DNA from: Eledone cirrhosa
Taxonomy: Eukaryota
Reading direction: 5' to 3'
Assembly: GCA_964016885.1 (NCBI GenBank)
Contig: OZ024741.1
Span: forward strand, 193,440,001 to 193,504,000
Length of the DNA stretch: 64,000 bases
The position numbers were made by a program, and so were the translations under genes. The first letter of the stretch is position 1, and the number at the start of each line of letters is the position of its first letter. Shown piece after piece: positions 28,335 through 42,369 of this stretch. The notes under the pieces were generated by a model, which had not been told where the DNA came from, searched no databases, and saw nothing but the letters and a program-made list of their open reading frames with translations.

Positions 28335-28390
28335 ACTGCTATATATATTTCAATGATAGCCATTGAATGGCTAAGACCTCATCAGGCAGT
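28335..28390 (-). ncRNA. Type I minimal hammerhead ribozyme
   Basis: actgc-CTGATGA-[tagccatt/aatggcta]-GAAA-tatat-ATA-gcagt. Confidence 0.7.
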
Positions 28391-28998
28391 TAGTCAGTTC
28401 TTAGATATGCCAGCTCTGAGTTTATAGTGTTGATGGTATCAGAGCATTGGGACATATGAGCTTGTTAGGAATAATTTAATGTTGTCAGCAGGAATAGTCT
28501 TGATTCTCATTGGTCAGTTTGTAGATGCTAGTAGGGTTGGTATTTGATCTCAAAGAGGCAGGTGGTGTTGTAAAGTTCAAACCGTCAGGCAAGATGACAA
28601 TAGTTCCATGTAACTGATTTTCACAAAAAGCATTCCTGGTCAGATATATATTCAATTAAGGTTAATAGTATGAAATAGATACTACAGGTCATTCTTAAAT
28701 TGAGGAATTTATGTGGAGTGGTGCTACTGAAAATTATGGTTAGAATAGAAAATTTACAAATAAAAAGACTTATGTAGGTTGGCTTGCACGTACACTCACA
28801 CCCACCTCCACAGACTCACACACACACACTTCCACACATACAAAATGTGGGGTGGTAATACTTAAAATAATGGTTAGAGTCCAATACTTAGATAGTTTAG
28901 AAAATTTAGAAATAAAAGGTTTATGCTGGTTGACTTGTACATACACTCACACCTACCCTCTCAGACACTCACACATCTACACACACAAATCCTTACAG

Positions 28999-29047
<49 letters not shown>

Positions 29048-29299
29048 CGCACAAGCATATATATATAAAATATATATATATATACACAGAACATACATAT
29101 ATATAAAATATATATATATACATAAAATATACACATACATAAAATATATACACACATAAAACATACATATATATATATAAAATACACATACATATACATA
29201 TATATACATACATATATATAAAATACACATATATACACATATAAAATATATATATACACACGATATATATATACATATATATATAAAATCAGGTTCAAT

Positions 29300-31400
29300 A
29301 AAACGTGGTTTTGATGACTCCTAAGCAGTAGAGGATCCGGTGGACCATCCACCATAGGGACCACAAACTATGGGTGGTTGTTGTTGTTCAGGGGACCTAC
29401 AGGGGTGGGGGCGTTGTGGGAGGCCGTAACCGGGGTTTATCCATATAGCTTGATGAAAGTTCCCGTCCTTAGGTGTCTGCAGGCACCGAATAAGTCGGCC
29501 CTTCTGTTTAATAGCTTGGTTCCGCCATGAAAAATCTCGAGTGTCTCACTAAGACAGAGGTTGCAAATACCAGACCCGCCTATGTCTGGGGGAACCTTTC
29601 TAACCACGGACCAGACCAGAGAGTGCGGGGTCTTTTCAAGTTTGATCTTCCAGATCAATTCAGAAAGGGCCGTACATTTCCTCTTATCTATTCTGTTAAA
29701 GAAATGGCGATGGTTATACCACCGAGCTTTGAAGCTCGTCGCTGTGGATACCCTGAGGGTATTGGTCCGGGGTACCCTTGGGTCATCTCGATCATGTCCC
29801 TTAGGGTTATAGCTGATCCTATCGCTGTGGGATGCCTTAGTAGTGGTGCTCCGAGTTAGGGGTTGTGACCTTGCACCTGTAGACTATGTTTTTCGTCATA
29901 CATTCATTACTAAGGGGGCATAGTGATGGGTCTCTGCAATTACATGACTTATTAAGCCCCACCACATGTACCGCGTGGTTACCATCACTCGGGTTGGCTG
30001 GGTAGCCTCCGCAATCAGAACAGAGTCGTTGGGTTCCGGTGTGCTAGTTGGGCCTGTCCGGGTTCCGTTGCGTCCCGCGTGCTGGTTCTGTTGGGTGGCT
30101 CCGGGGTTTAGGGTGGTATTAGAGGCAATGAGCCTATTCCTATTTATGACAGCTATGTGCTGGGCTACGGAGCGTGTGGTTGAGTAGGAAAGTTTCACCG
30201 TGTGCCTGTTGAATATTTTATGGTACTTGTGGGCTCTAGGGAAACATTTATCCAGTACTCTAAAGAATGTTCTAGCCAGGCTGGTACGTAGACCCACCGA
30301 GTACGGAGGGTTATACCATGTGACCTTCCTGGTCCTATTCTTGCGGGGTTGCTGGGTGTCCGCCGTGGGCCATCGCGTGGTTGTGCACAGCTCAGGTCGA
30401 GCTCGGTTGGTGTCACTCAGGTGTGCGGAGCGGTTACTATCATGAGGGTTATATGGGCCCACCGTGGGGCTATAAACCTGCGAGGTGCGGCCTCCCTGCT
30501 CAATTAGGGTTCGGCGGGTGGTGGGGCTGGTGCAGGGGTGCCTATGCTCCGCAGCACAGTGGTCTTCAGCGTTGTAGCTATTAGACCGGTGGGGTATGCG
30601 GGACCTTCTACCGGGGGTGGTGACGGATAGGGGTCTGGGAGTGTTACTACTGGTCACCGAGGTATTAGGTGGGCGACTCATGGCCCTGAGGGTATTGGTC
30701 CGGGGTACCCTTGGGTCATCTCGATCATGTCTCTTAGGGTTATAGCTGATCCTATCGCTGTGGGACGCCTTAGCTAGCGCTGAGTTATAGTAATCAGCGT
30801 TACTATTGAAGATCTCTTTATTGGCCGACAAGTTAGAGATCCTGTCAGAGACACTCTTAACTACGGCCTTAACTATAGATCTAGGGTGATTAGACCCAGC
30901 GTTGATATACACCAGCTTCTCATTGGGTTTATGATATGGGTGGTGTAGCTTGGTGTTGAGGTTGAGGGTGGTGTCCAGGAAATTCACTACTTTTCTATTG
31001 GGTTCCATCTCTATATATATACACAATGCGTTAGTGTATCTCAATCAACATATTCGTATGTAGTTTTTATGTTGGGTGTGTGGTTTAGGGCAACGTAAGA
31101 AGAGAAAGCTAAGGGGGAGAAGGTAGAGGTGTAGAAAGACGAGTGTGAGTAAGTTAATGTTAGAATTAGAGTTAGGGTTGAAAGATGGAATCAAGATTAG
31201 GATTGGTGTTTATATAGTTACAGTGAACGGTCAAGTGGCTACAGTTTACGAGCCTTGTTGCTGGGTTAGTATGGACCACTTGATAGTGAGCGCTTTCGGA
31301 TTAATAATCCTTCATCAGACTAGATTATTTCCGGCTTGGCAAATTGATTACCATTCGGAGTTTCTGTATAGGTGTTTCCATGTGTCGAGAGCACCCGCTT
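29300..31400 (-). mobile_element. Penelope-like element (Naiad-like): RT thumb, linker and GIY-YIG; RT core missing
   Basis: NFLDTTLNL..PYHKPNE..SNHP, WYNPPYS, KIFNRHTVKLSYST, CNCRDPSLCPLSNECMTKNIVYRC, SFKARWYNH, CNLCLSE..LLNRRADLFGACRH. Confidence 0.88.
31284..31323 (-). ncRNA. Type I minimal hammerhead ribozyme upstream of the PLE ORF
   Basis: tagt-CTGATGA-a-ggatt att aatcc-GAAA-gcgc-TC-acta; palindromic GCGC loop 3. Confidence 0.85.
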
Positions 31401-31620
31401 CTTAATAAAATGTATCACCGTTATTCCTCAGTCTACCGTATCTCTTTGCTCAGCAATAGCTTCTTGTGTGGTTATGCTCCTTCCACATATTTATTTATCT
31501 TGAAACACTGCACTCTATCATGGCAGTATGTTCTGCGTGAGCATCACAGATAAACAATTAACAAGTCTGGATACAGCGTTGTCTCACATTCTCAGAATAT
31601 AGGGGTTTTATCTGGTTCTA

Positions 31621-31677
<57 letters not shown>

Positions 31678-31683
<6 letters not shown>

Positions 31684-31781
31684 GGAGCTTCTACAGGACT
31701 AGTACTGTTTCATTCAGATGAAATCTTCCTGAAGATTTCATCTGAATGAAACAGTACTAATCCTGTAGAAGCTCCTTCTAT
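31678..31781. repeat. Near-perfect ~100-bp palindrome built from an HHR
   Basis: Right arm CTGAAGA(31729)-ttcatctgaat-GAAA-cagtacta-ATC; same family as 33411. Confidence 0.85.
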
Positions 31782-32037
31782 AAAATAAAAAAATTTTACT
31801 CTGCCATGTATTGAGTACCTTACTTACTGTGGTTATCCCCGACTCAACCCGGGACCTACGTATATATATATATATATATATGTTCTAGACATATATATAT
31901 ATGCGTCTGTGTGTGTGTGTGAGTATAAATATATATATATATACATATATTTGCACAGACACACACACATATGCACACACATATATATGTATGTGTGTGT
32001 ATGTATGTATGTATGTATGTATGTATGTATATATATA

Positions 32038-32363
32038 TGTAAATCAGCAGGAGGGCTCAAGCGACATGCAAAAGTACACGAACTCCAACCACAGCCGACT
32101 ATTCCCAGTGAATGTTTTGGTTGCCGACTCTGTGCAAGACATTTTAGATCATTGGCTGGGCTAAAAAGCCACATTCGATCGCAGCGCTGTTAGTTGCTAT
32201 CGTGTGTGTGTGTGTGTGTGTGTGTAGATATGCTTATGTGTGTGCGTGTGTGTGTATATATATATGTATATGTATATTATTATTGTTGTTGTCGTTGTTA
32301 TTATTGTTGTTATTATTATTATTATTATTATTGTTATTAATGTATGTGTGTGTGTATATGTGT

Positions 32364-32407
<44 letters not shown>

Positions 32408-32515
32408 ATATGTATATATATATATATTTCTTTTTTTTTATTATTATTTTCTTTTTATTTTTTTTTTTTATTTTTTTTTTCTCGTGCAATGGCCATACTC
32501 GATAACGAGGGGGCA

Positions 32516-32522
<7 letters not shown>
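32038..32522 (+). mobile_element. RTE LINE 3' fragment with C2H2 fingers, split by microsatellites
   Basis: [33 protein letters not shown], homologous to 55630-55790; 3' end GCAGCCATC. Confidence 0.65.
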
Positions 32523-32592
<70 letters not shown>

Positions 32593-32968
32593 TATATTCG
32601 TGGGAGATAAAGAGTGCGAATTGACTGCGTTATTTGATTTGATGTCTCAGTCATCATTTACTGCCCAATTATTGGTTTCAACGTCAACTATGTGGAATGG
32701 TTGAAACAATGTAGACATATCAATATCTGGCTTCGTTGGCACTAATTCTAATGGGAGAACAATATGAGAAATATTCTAGTCACGTAATAACAGTAGATTC
32801 GAAACAGTGCCAAAGAAAATACACTTCCTGTTTACAAACTATGACGTCTTTTACAAACATCGTACCTAGATCTGGTCGAAATAATGATGTCTTACTTGAT
32901 GCTGGTTGATTTCGAGAACACCAGTTACTGGCTGTAATTATTCACTGGGGGAGTGTGAACACACACAC

Positions 32969-33019
<51 letters not shown>

Positions 33020-33108
33020 CATACACACATACCCGCACAGACACACACACACACACACATCTGTATATATATTTTGGAAAATGTGTGAGATCCTTGGTAC
33101 AGTTAGGT

Positions 33109-33243
33109 ATATTTGAAAAAAAGGAAAAGAATGTCTTCACTTGTAGTTTTAAATAATTTGATTTAATTTTATAATATTATATTATAAAATTAAATCAAAT
33201 TATTTAACACTACAAGTGAAGACATTCTTTTCCTTTTTTTCAA

Positions 33244-33247
<4 letters not shown>
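33109..33247. repeat. ~140-bp AT-rich palindrome
   Basis: atatttgaaaaaaaggaaaagaatgtcttcacttgtagt.. and its reverse complement. Confidence 0.9.
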
Positions 33248-33332
<85 letters not shown>

Positions 33333-33410
33333 GGGTTCTATCGGAGGTAATCACAATAATTAAGGTACTCAATAGATTAGTAGAATCTAAACATCAAATT
33401 GAATTTAGAA

Positions 33411-33465
33411 ATGGCTTCTACAGGACTAGAACTGTTTCATTCGAAAGAAATCATCAGTAAAGCCA
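33411..33465 (-). ncRNA. Type I hammerhead ribozyme
   Basis: ggcttta-CTGATGA-tttctttcgaat-GAAA-cagttcta-GTC-ctgtagaagcc; weak stem II. Confidence 0.55.
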
Positions 33466-33574
33466 ACTGTCATTGTAATACAGTTATATACACACATACA
33501 CACACATACACACACACACACACACACACATACACATACACATACACACACACACGCATATATATATATACAGT

Positions 33575-33620
<46 letters not shown>

Positions 33621-33926
33621 TATATATACAGTTATATACACACATACACACACACACACATACACATCCACATCCACATACACACACACACGCATATATA
33701 TATATATGTGTGTGTGTATATGTGTATGTATTTTTCTCGCGAGTCAGTTCTTTCGTTGCTACAGACCACGTGGCTGAACTGCCGGTCGCTATCTGCAATT
33801 TGCAAAGCCCTTTAAACTGTATGTTATTACTCTGAGGTCTATACCTTGTCGTGTGCTTGGCTGCACTGCTGAAGGCATTCGTTGGCTTAGCTGCGGCTCG
33901 AACTTCGAATATGCTGTACTTTCATT

Positions 33927-33996
<70 letters not shown>

Positions 33997-33998
33997 CA

Positions 33999-34067
<69 letters not shown>

Positions 34068-34199
34068 TTTCTGAATTTGTTTAGCAAGATTCTTTATCTG
34101 AAATCGTGTGTTGAAACCGATATTGTTATACTTTGGGAAACCGATATTGTTATACTGGTGCGTGTGTTTCTTATTGGCAACATGACCCACCCAAAGTAT

Positions 34200-34257
<58 letters not shown>

Positions 34258-34699
34258 CGAAGGAATTGTGGTAAGGAACCAGATGGACCATAACGCACCA
34301 GAGTACTCAATACTTAGGGTAGTAGAGTGGGTAATAGGAAAAGGTATAACCCCAACGGCAGAGCTCAAGTGTGTGTATGTGTATGTGTGTGTGTGTTATT
34401 ATACGTCCGTACGAAGCTAAGAAGAAATGTGTGTGCATATGTAAGTAAAAGAGTGTGTGCGTGTAAGTACGAAGCTATGAGCAAAATTATGTTAATATAA
34501 GGATGTGTATGTGGGTATACAGAGCAGTGAAGGGAAAAGTGGAGTGTGCATATTTTGTCAGTCTGTAAGTTGTAAGAGAATATGTTTATGATCATGAGAG
34601 AGCTATAGGAATCTAGGTGGGAATGTACAAGCGCATGTGATAATGGATGGGGTATTAAAGAAATTGGGGAGGTGAGTTCAGTCCAAGAGGGGAATAGGA

Positions 34700-36750
34700 C
34701 CCAAGGCGGTGAATCAGACTCTGTTCAGTCCTGGTGCGCAAGGCCTGTGATCCATGATGGTAAAAGGACACCCAGGACTGAGACATATAGGGAAGAATGA
34801 CCAGGAGAACAGAAATGACAGGCGACAGAAGTATCCAAACCGAGTCATATGTCTCTCAAATGCTCAGCAAAACGGTCCGCCATACGGCGTCCCGTTTGTC
34901 CGATGTATAAAGACTCGCAAATGGAACACCGGATAGCATAGAAAACGTGGGGGGGGGTGCAGGTTAAAGAGTGGCGGATACGGAAAGATCCGTTAGGGCC
35001 TGTGAGAGTGGTGAGGGTGGAAATGAAGGGACAATTTTACAGCGGGGACGAGAACAAGGATGAGAGCCGGGTGGAGTCGTGGGAGAGGACGAGAAGGAAC
35101 TGCGTACCAGCAGGTCGCGGAGGTTGCGGGCTGGCTTAAAAGCAGTAATGAGTGGGTTTGGAAATAAGCGAGAGGTGAGTTGAGAGGGTTGTGGTACGGT
35201 CTGTTTCACGGGCGCGGGTGAAAGCAGCCTGGATCAGGGTGGCGGGATATCCACGCTGGATGAAGCAGGAAGCCATGTGAAGGGAATGGGTTTCGAAATC
35301 GTCGTCCTGGCTACAGAGCCAACGAAGACGGAGTAATTGGGAATAGGGTATGGAGTGTTTGGTGTGGGTTGGATGGGAGGAGGTGAAGTCGAGGTAAGAG
35401 TGGGAGTCTGTTGGTTTATAGAAGATGGAAGTAGAGAGGGTGTGGTGAGAGTGATTAATAGATAGAGAGATATCTAGAAAAGGGACAGAAGAATCGGAGA
35501 CGGAGGCGGTGAAATTGAGAGCAGGATGGAAAGATTGGACAAAAGTAAGAAAGCAGTCGAGATGTTCTCGTGATAGAGAGGTGGCCGATACAGTCGTTGA
35601 TATAACGACCGTATAGCTCAGGAGTCGGTCCAGCGTACTGGGAGAAGATCTGGGCTTCGACGTAGCCAACAAACAAGTTGGCATATTTTGGACCCATTCT
35701 GGTTCCCATCGCTACCCCAGAGACCTGCTGATAGAATTCACCCGAAAAGGAAAAGCCATTGACGGTGAGAACAAACTCAGTCAAGCGGAAAAGAGTGGTA
35801 GTGCTGGGGTAAGGGGTAGGGCGTAAGTCTAAAAATGTTGGAGAGCGCGAAGTCCGTCATCATGAGGAATGACGGTATAGAGAGAGGTGATGTCCAGGGT
35901 AAAGAGAAGGCGGGATGGACCAGGAGGCAAGGAAAGGAGATGGAGTTGAAGAGTCTAAGGGCATGATTGGTATCGTGCATGTGGTAGGGGAGATTGACGA
36001 CCAACGGGGCGAGGATGGTGTCTAAATATTCAGAAATGATCTCAGTGGGGCAGTTGCACGCAGAAACGATAGGACGCCCGGGATTATTTTGTTTGTGTAT
36101 TTTGGGGCGGAAGTAGATGGTAGGTGTGCGAGGGGTGCGTACAATAAGGTTGGTGGCTTTGAGGTAGGAGAGAGGAGGAGATGAGCTCGTGGATGGTGGA
36201 GGACACGAGTTGTTGGTAGCCAGGAGTGGGGTCGGAGGATAAAGGGCGGTAAAAAAGAGTATTGTGAAGCTGGCGGAGAGCCTCAGCCCTATAGATGTCA
36301 ACGCTCCAAACGAAAACAGCGCCACCTTTGTCAGCGGGTTTGATTACAATGTCATCGCGACGCTAAAGGTTGCGAAGACCGGAAGCTCAGCTCGCGTGAT
36401 GTTAGAGCGACGAGAATGCTGGTGGAAACGGAACCGATTCACAGTACGCCGGAAAGTATCGACAAAGGAATCGAGTGTTTAACTGGCCAGAGCTCGGCGT
36501 CCAATGAGATTGCTGGCGACTGAGATGAGTGAAGTCATCCGTCTGTGTTGATGATGGCGTGTCGTAAAAAAAAAGCTTTCAGCTTTAATCGACGGAAGAA
36601 CCCTTCAATATCGGCACGTGTGCGGAACTCGTCGCAGGTAGATGTGGTTTGTATAAAACGCAAACCACGGGCGGGGAGGAAGCGCTCAGCTTCGGAGAGA
36701 GGTAGATCCTGGGGTATGGTGACTTGAGGGAGTGAAAGGGGTGGATGTGG
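34700..36750 (-). mobile_element. Penelope-like element (Neptune-like), RT plus Cys linker plus GIY-YIG, frameshifted
   Basis: PKIHKQNNPGRPIVS, YQQVSGVAMGTRMGP, YGRYIND, PFLDI, YKPTDSHSYL..SSHP..IPYSQLLRL, PCSRPRCK, YAIRCSICESLYIGQTGR..DRFAEH. Confidence 0.88.
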
Positions 36751-37438
36751 AGGGGGTAAGGTGGTTGGACAAAGCGTGTGCAGATTCAGTGGTGGGGAGA
36801 GGAAAGGGGGTGGTAGGTGACGGGATAGAGGAATTAGGGTTGGAGGTGTTATAGTATGGGTTGAGAGTGGAATGGACCTGGCGGCGAAAAGATTTGAGAT
36901 TGGGCATATTGAAGGTACTAGGGTGGGAGTGAAAAATAGACGGTGGTGCAAGAAGATTGTAGTAGAGGAAAAGTGATAGAGAGTCGTTGAATATTTAAAT
37001 GCAAGGAACAAGAAAATTTCAATGATACGAAATATTTTATATATATATATATATATATATAGACTCATTGATCAATCAAACCACAACATATCTTCCTGAA
37101 AGAAATGTGTGTTTAACGTTAACTGTGGGTGAGCTGAGATGATAGAACCCTGAATATAATATGAAGTCATGCATTCCCAAGCGACCATGCGAATCTTCAC
37201 ATCCGCAATTACCCCTCCTACCCCACCATTGACGGATGAGAGCAGAACGAAGTATGCATCGAGTGAAGCCCCCTCAGCCCAAACTGTAAAGTCGTCGTGA
37301 TGGTGACAGGGCATATCTGTATACAGCTATGTCCGAAGCTAAATTCTAATTCTATTCTATAAGTTGAGCCAACTTATACAGCTATTAATCACCTCATTTA
37401 CACAGACGAGAAAACTATATTTTCTCGCCTGTTTTCAA

Positions 37439-37531
37439 GTCCAGCAGTCGCAAGTGTGGGATGGATCGTCCTGATGACAACCATTTTAGTTCGAAATGCA
37501 TCGAGGATTGTCCCCTTGGCTTCTGCTGGAC
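37439..37531 (+). ncRNA. Type I hammerhead ribozyme with extended stem I
   Basis: gtccagcag..atcgtc-CTGATGA(37471)-c-aac/gtt-c-GAAA-tgca-TC-gaggat..ctgctggac. Confidence 0.75.
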
Positions 37532-37633
37532 ACCGCTAGGTGGCGACAGCCACCGGTGGATTTTGCATAGCTACGGCTTTCTAAATGTTTATTTTTAAAC
37601 ATACCGTATTTCTTTAGAAATACGAAATTCCAT

Positions 37634-37749
<116 letters not shown>

Positions 37750-38069
37750 TTCAAATCAACAAACAGTGAAAGACGCGTTCCGAGTTGTCCGACAGACAAC
37801 CTTTCCCCCACCCCGGAAAAAAACCCCAGTTGATGGATGTGAATCCGAAATATATAGGGACTATTAAATCTCTCCCAAGGTAACTCTCTCTCTTGTGTTG
37901 TTATTTTTATTTTTATCCTTTATACTCTTCCCTTCATTATACACATCTCACACATGTTATACACACCACGCATCTCAACGTACACCCACTTACATCTCTC
38001 TCTCCACCACCGGACCTTGTTACCCGGAGATTTACCCATTTGCATTGTCGAGGCTTCCAAACGACTTAA

Positions 38070-38156
<87 letters not shown>

Positions 38157-38175
38157 TGTGTGTGTGTACATATAT

Positions 38176-38214
<39 letters not shown>

Positions 38215-38222
38215 TTGTATGT

Positions 38223-38300
<78 letters not shown>

Positions 38301-38479
38301 AAGGAAAGCACAATCAACAGTCAACCATAGACGGCCATCTTGTTTTGTTTTTTTCTCATGACAAGCTTAAGAAATTGGGCCCAGACTCAACGAAAATTGA
38401 GTACCTGTTTATGTTACTGTTGTAATTATATATATATATATATTGTTACTGTTGTATATATATATATATATATATTGTT

Positions 38480-39586
38480 TTGGGTTGGCAATAGAGTTAC
38501 GATTTTTTTTAATGACTTTTGTCAATGTTATAATTGTTTCCGTTTGACATTTGATAGCCGTTACTTTTAACTTACTTTAGAAGCAAATTATGCGTAATTT
38601 TTTTACAGCTGTTAGTTCAGTGTCAATTTTAACATGGAGTGCAAAAACGAACATTTTCGCCATATTTTGCTTTCATATTTCCATAAAGACAAGAAACCTG
38701 CTGAGGCTCACAAAGAGATATGTGAACTTTATGTTCTAGATTGCCTAACAGAACGCACGTGTCAGAAACGGTTTAAAAAAGAGATTTTTCTCTCAAAGAT
38801 GGCCAGTGTTCTGGTCGCCCTACTGAAGTTGATGACCGAATCAAAGCCATAATTGAATCTGATTATCATATAACTGTGCGAGAGATTGCAGAGAGGTTAA
38901 TTGTATCACACACAACAATTGAAAATCGCTCAAAATGTATTGGACTCGTTAAGAATCTCGATATTTGGGTTCCACATAAATTAAAAGAAATTCACTAAAC
39001 ACAACGAATCAATTTTTGCGATATGCGTCTCAAACGTAATGAAATCGACCTTTTTTTGTAACGAATCATCACTGGTAAGAGAAAATGGTTTGTCTACAAT
39101 AACATCAGTCGAAAACTATCATGGTCCAAGCGTAATGAACCAGCACAAACCACATCGAAAGCTGAATTGCATCAAAAAAATGTCATGCTGTCAATTTGGT
39201 GAAATTACAAAGGTTTGTGTATTTAGAGCTGCTTCCAAGGAACCAAACGATCAATTCAGATGTTTACTGTCAACATCTAATGAAACTGTGGGAAACAATC
39301 AAAGAAAAACGGCCAGAGTTGGCAAATCGTAAATGAATCGTGTTCCACCATGACAACGCTAGACCACACACGTCTTTGCTGACTCCTGATCGCACTTGCT
39401 TCAGTTTTTGGCTGATAAGGACCAGAAGTTCTATGAGCACAGAATCGTGAAGTTGCCAAAAAGATAGCAAACGGTCATCGAACAAAATGGAAAATATAAA
39501 ATTGATTAAAGTTCATTCTTTGTATGAAAAGAAATGACTTTTATTTCACGCTAAAAAAAAACGAAATTAGTTTCTTGCCAATCCAA
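38480..39586 (+). mobile_element. Mariner transposon, decayed, internally deleted
   Basis: TIRs TTGGGTTGGCAA / TTGCCAATCCAA in TA context; EHFRHILL, WVPHKL, ITGKRKW, VFHHDNARPH. Confidence 0.9.
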
Positions 39587-39699
39587 TATATATTATATTA
39601 TATATATATATATATAATATATATATATATAATATTTATAAATATATATATATATATGGGGGGGGGTATAACAAACAAACCCCACAACAATTAAAATCA

Positions 39700-41660
39700 A
39701 CTACCACTCTACATCCAACCTATTTGCTTAATGCTCAAGGCATCAGCTCTTCCACCAATACTCTAAAATGGAAGATGAAATTCCTTAAGGATTGGGTTTA
39801 TGGCCATCCTAACCACATCCCTTTCTTCGTCCTCACCGAAACCCATCTCAATCCTCTCCACTTGGAAGCCGAGGTGAAAGTGAAGAATTTCAAAGCTATC
39901 CATGCAGATCGCATGGCAGAAGAGAGGGTGGGACTGCCATTTTTGTACATGATTCTTTTTCTACAGAGGCTAAGAACATATTTTCCAATGGATACTGTGA
40001 AGCATTCACTGTGTACAGTAAAACCAACAACTTAATGATATTGTTCTCAGTGATCTGAGAATCCACTGTCCAAAAAGCAAACCCAATGATATCTCTCCAG
40101 TTCACCTATTTGACACCATGGATCTTCATAATGCAAACTGGGAAGCGGTCAATCAAGTCGATTTGTCTTCACGCACACTCACAAACCCACTAATATCAAA
40201 AAGACCTGGCAGACATTTGTAGACACTGTAACAAATATATGTACAAAACATACTCCATTAGGATCTGCAAACAAATCTAAGTGCAAAATCTCTAGAAATA
40301 AAAGAACATTTGTCAGACAAATTAAAAGAATTAACAAAAACATTAACAAACTGATATACTTCCTGCAGCAACACAGCCATTTGACTGCCGTTACATCACT
40401 AGAATAAATAAACAACCTCCAAAATAACATGATGTCCATCATCAACAATCAAAGAGCAGCTGAAGCGGCCTGCGCCATTGAGAAAACAAACTCAATCCTA
40501 AAGCGTTCTTTTCATTTGCGAGAAATCATTTTGATGACATTTTGAGAGCTTTGGGCGAGGGCTCCAACAATGATGTCATCTACATTGATTTCAGCAAGGC
40601 GTTTGACAGGGTTGATCACAATATTCTACTGAGAAAACTATCCAACATTCGTGTCACTGGAAAGTTGCTGCAGTGGATCAAGTGTTTCCTGACAAACAGA
40701 GCCCAGCATGTTGTAGTCGAAGGAGTACAATCCAGCCCAGCCAAAGTGAGTAGTAGTGTCCCACAAGGCACTGGGTTGGGCCCACTTCTTTTCATTATCT
40801 ATATTAATGACATTATTGATATCATCAAGCACAGCAGCATTAGAATCTTCGCAGATGATTCTAAGCTCCAGGTCATCAATGACGTGGGTGACCGGATATG
40901 CCTTCGATCAGATCTACTTGCTGTTATCCAATGGGCAGAAAAGAACAATATGCTGCTGAACGGGGATAAATTTGAGTTAATCCACTTTGGAAAAGAGGAT
41001 GCCCTGAAACTCCCATACTCCCTTCCTTCAGGTGAAACTCTAGTGGTATCCAACAACATCAGAGACTTGGGAGTAATTGTGGACAACAACATAAGCCGGG
41101 CCACTCATATAAACAGCAAAATTGACATGGCCCGCAGAATGTGTTCCTGGGTTCTCAGAACCTTCCAGTCGAGAGATATCCACACTGTTATCCTTCTCTT
41201 CTCCACTTTTGCCCGACCCCACCTTCAATACTGTTGTCCACTGTGATCTCCCCACACGAAACAAAGTATCATGTAAATTGAAGCTCCCCAAAGGTCAATC
41301 ACGAAAATGATAGATGGCATGTCAGGTCTTGACTATTGGGGTCGACTAGACAGACAAACTCAAACTTTATTCTCTCTAACTCCGCTGTGAGCGCTACATT
41401 ATCTGCATGATGTGGAATATCCCTGTGCTTTCCACCCACAACAAAAATCAAACTCGCATCTCATAACAGCAATATGGCACAATTATTTCACCTCAATTAG
41501 CCCTGCTCTCTTTAAAATTACACTCGGATATGTCTCTGCATACAATAATTTCCTTCTTGAGTGGGCCATGCTGTCCAAATGGTGATTTGAAAGACTTCAC
41601 CAGGTGGTACTATTAAGTTAGACAGGGCCTGGGTCAATAGTGGCCAAAACTTATCAAAGT
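39700..41660 (+). mobile_element. CR1-group LINE, decayed with deletions
   Basis: APE NAQGI..LTETHL; RT YIDFSKAFDRVDH, VPQGTGLGPLLF, FADDSKL, RDLGVIVD. Confidence 0.88.
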
Positions 41661-41679
41661 TATATATACATACATACAT

Positions 41680-41725
<46 letters not shown>

Positions 41726-41727
<2 letters not shown>

Positions 41728-41835
41728 GTTTCTACTTTAGGCACAAGGCCAGCAATTACCCAGTACATTACTGGTACTTTATTTTATCGACCCCGTAAGG
41801 ATGAAAGGCAAAGTCAACCTCGGCGAGATTTGAAC
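41726..41835 (-). mobile_element. SINE family A, truncated at the B-box
   Basis: Matches 24505-24634; TATATATAAT flanks both ends. Confidence 0.85.
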
Positions 41836-42049
41836 TATATATAATGATATGAAACGAAAGGAGCTGTGTAGTTACTAAAAACAAGGTTTGGGATGATGGT
41901 TAGGACGGAACAAGAGGAGAAAGGAGGAAAGGAGATTCCTTCGTCAGCCGTAAATATTTCCTGATCCGTGTTTCGGCGCTGAATTACAGGGCATCGGTGG
42001 AGTTCGAAGACCTTATGCTATTGTTTTAGAGTAGTGACAGACTCACTTA

Positions 42050-42139
42050 CTTTCAGCAAACAGGAGGAGTAGTTGGCTTTGATAAGCATCAATAAAGGCG
42101 AAACAGGGCCTTGTCTGCTTTATCTCCCCTGTTTGCTGA
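42050..42139 (+). ncRNA. Hammerhead ribozyme variant (U3-A8 core), copy 1
   Basis: TTGATAA(42079)-gc..gc-GAAA-cagggcctt-GTC(42113-42115) within the long stem ttcagcaaacagg/cctgtttgctgaa. Confidence 0.65.
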
Positions 42140-42369
42140 AAATTAAAGTAAGTGAGTCTGTCACTACTCTAAAACAATAGCATAAGGTCTTCGAAATGCT
42201 TTTAATTAAGCATACAGTGTATTGCAAAATACACTATATATACATTCATATATATATAGCTATTCCAGAGCACCAATTCTAATTTTCAATTTCTGCTTGA
42301 CCAGCAACCGCTCTGTATAATCAGTTCCTGATTATTTACTAGAATTCTATAAGAACCAAACATCCATGA

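Noticed and set aside
8755-29950. Selenocysteine recoding, as reported for some Naiad PLEs
   Set aside because: The CNC/CPL linker cysteines I checked at ~8760-8800, ~13055-13080 and ~29900-29947 are TGT or TGC, not TGA.
31909-32193. Host C2H2 zinc-finger gene exon
   Set aside because: No TGEKP linker, and it is homologous to the RTE C-terminus at 55630-55790.
37072-37314. 80-aa ORF as a host gene
   Set aside because: No recognisable motif; lies in the PLE terminal region.
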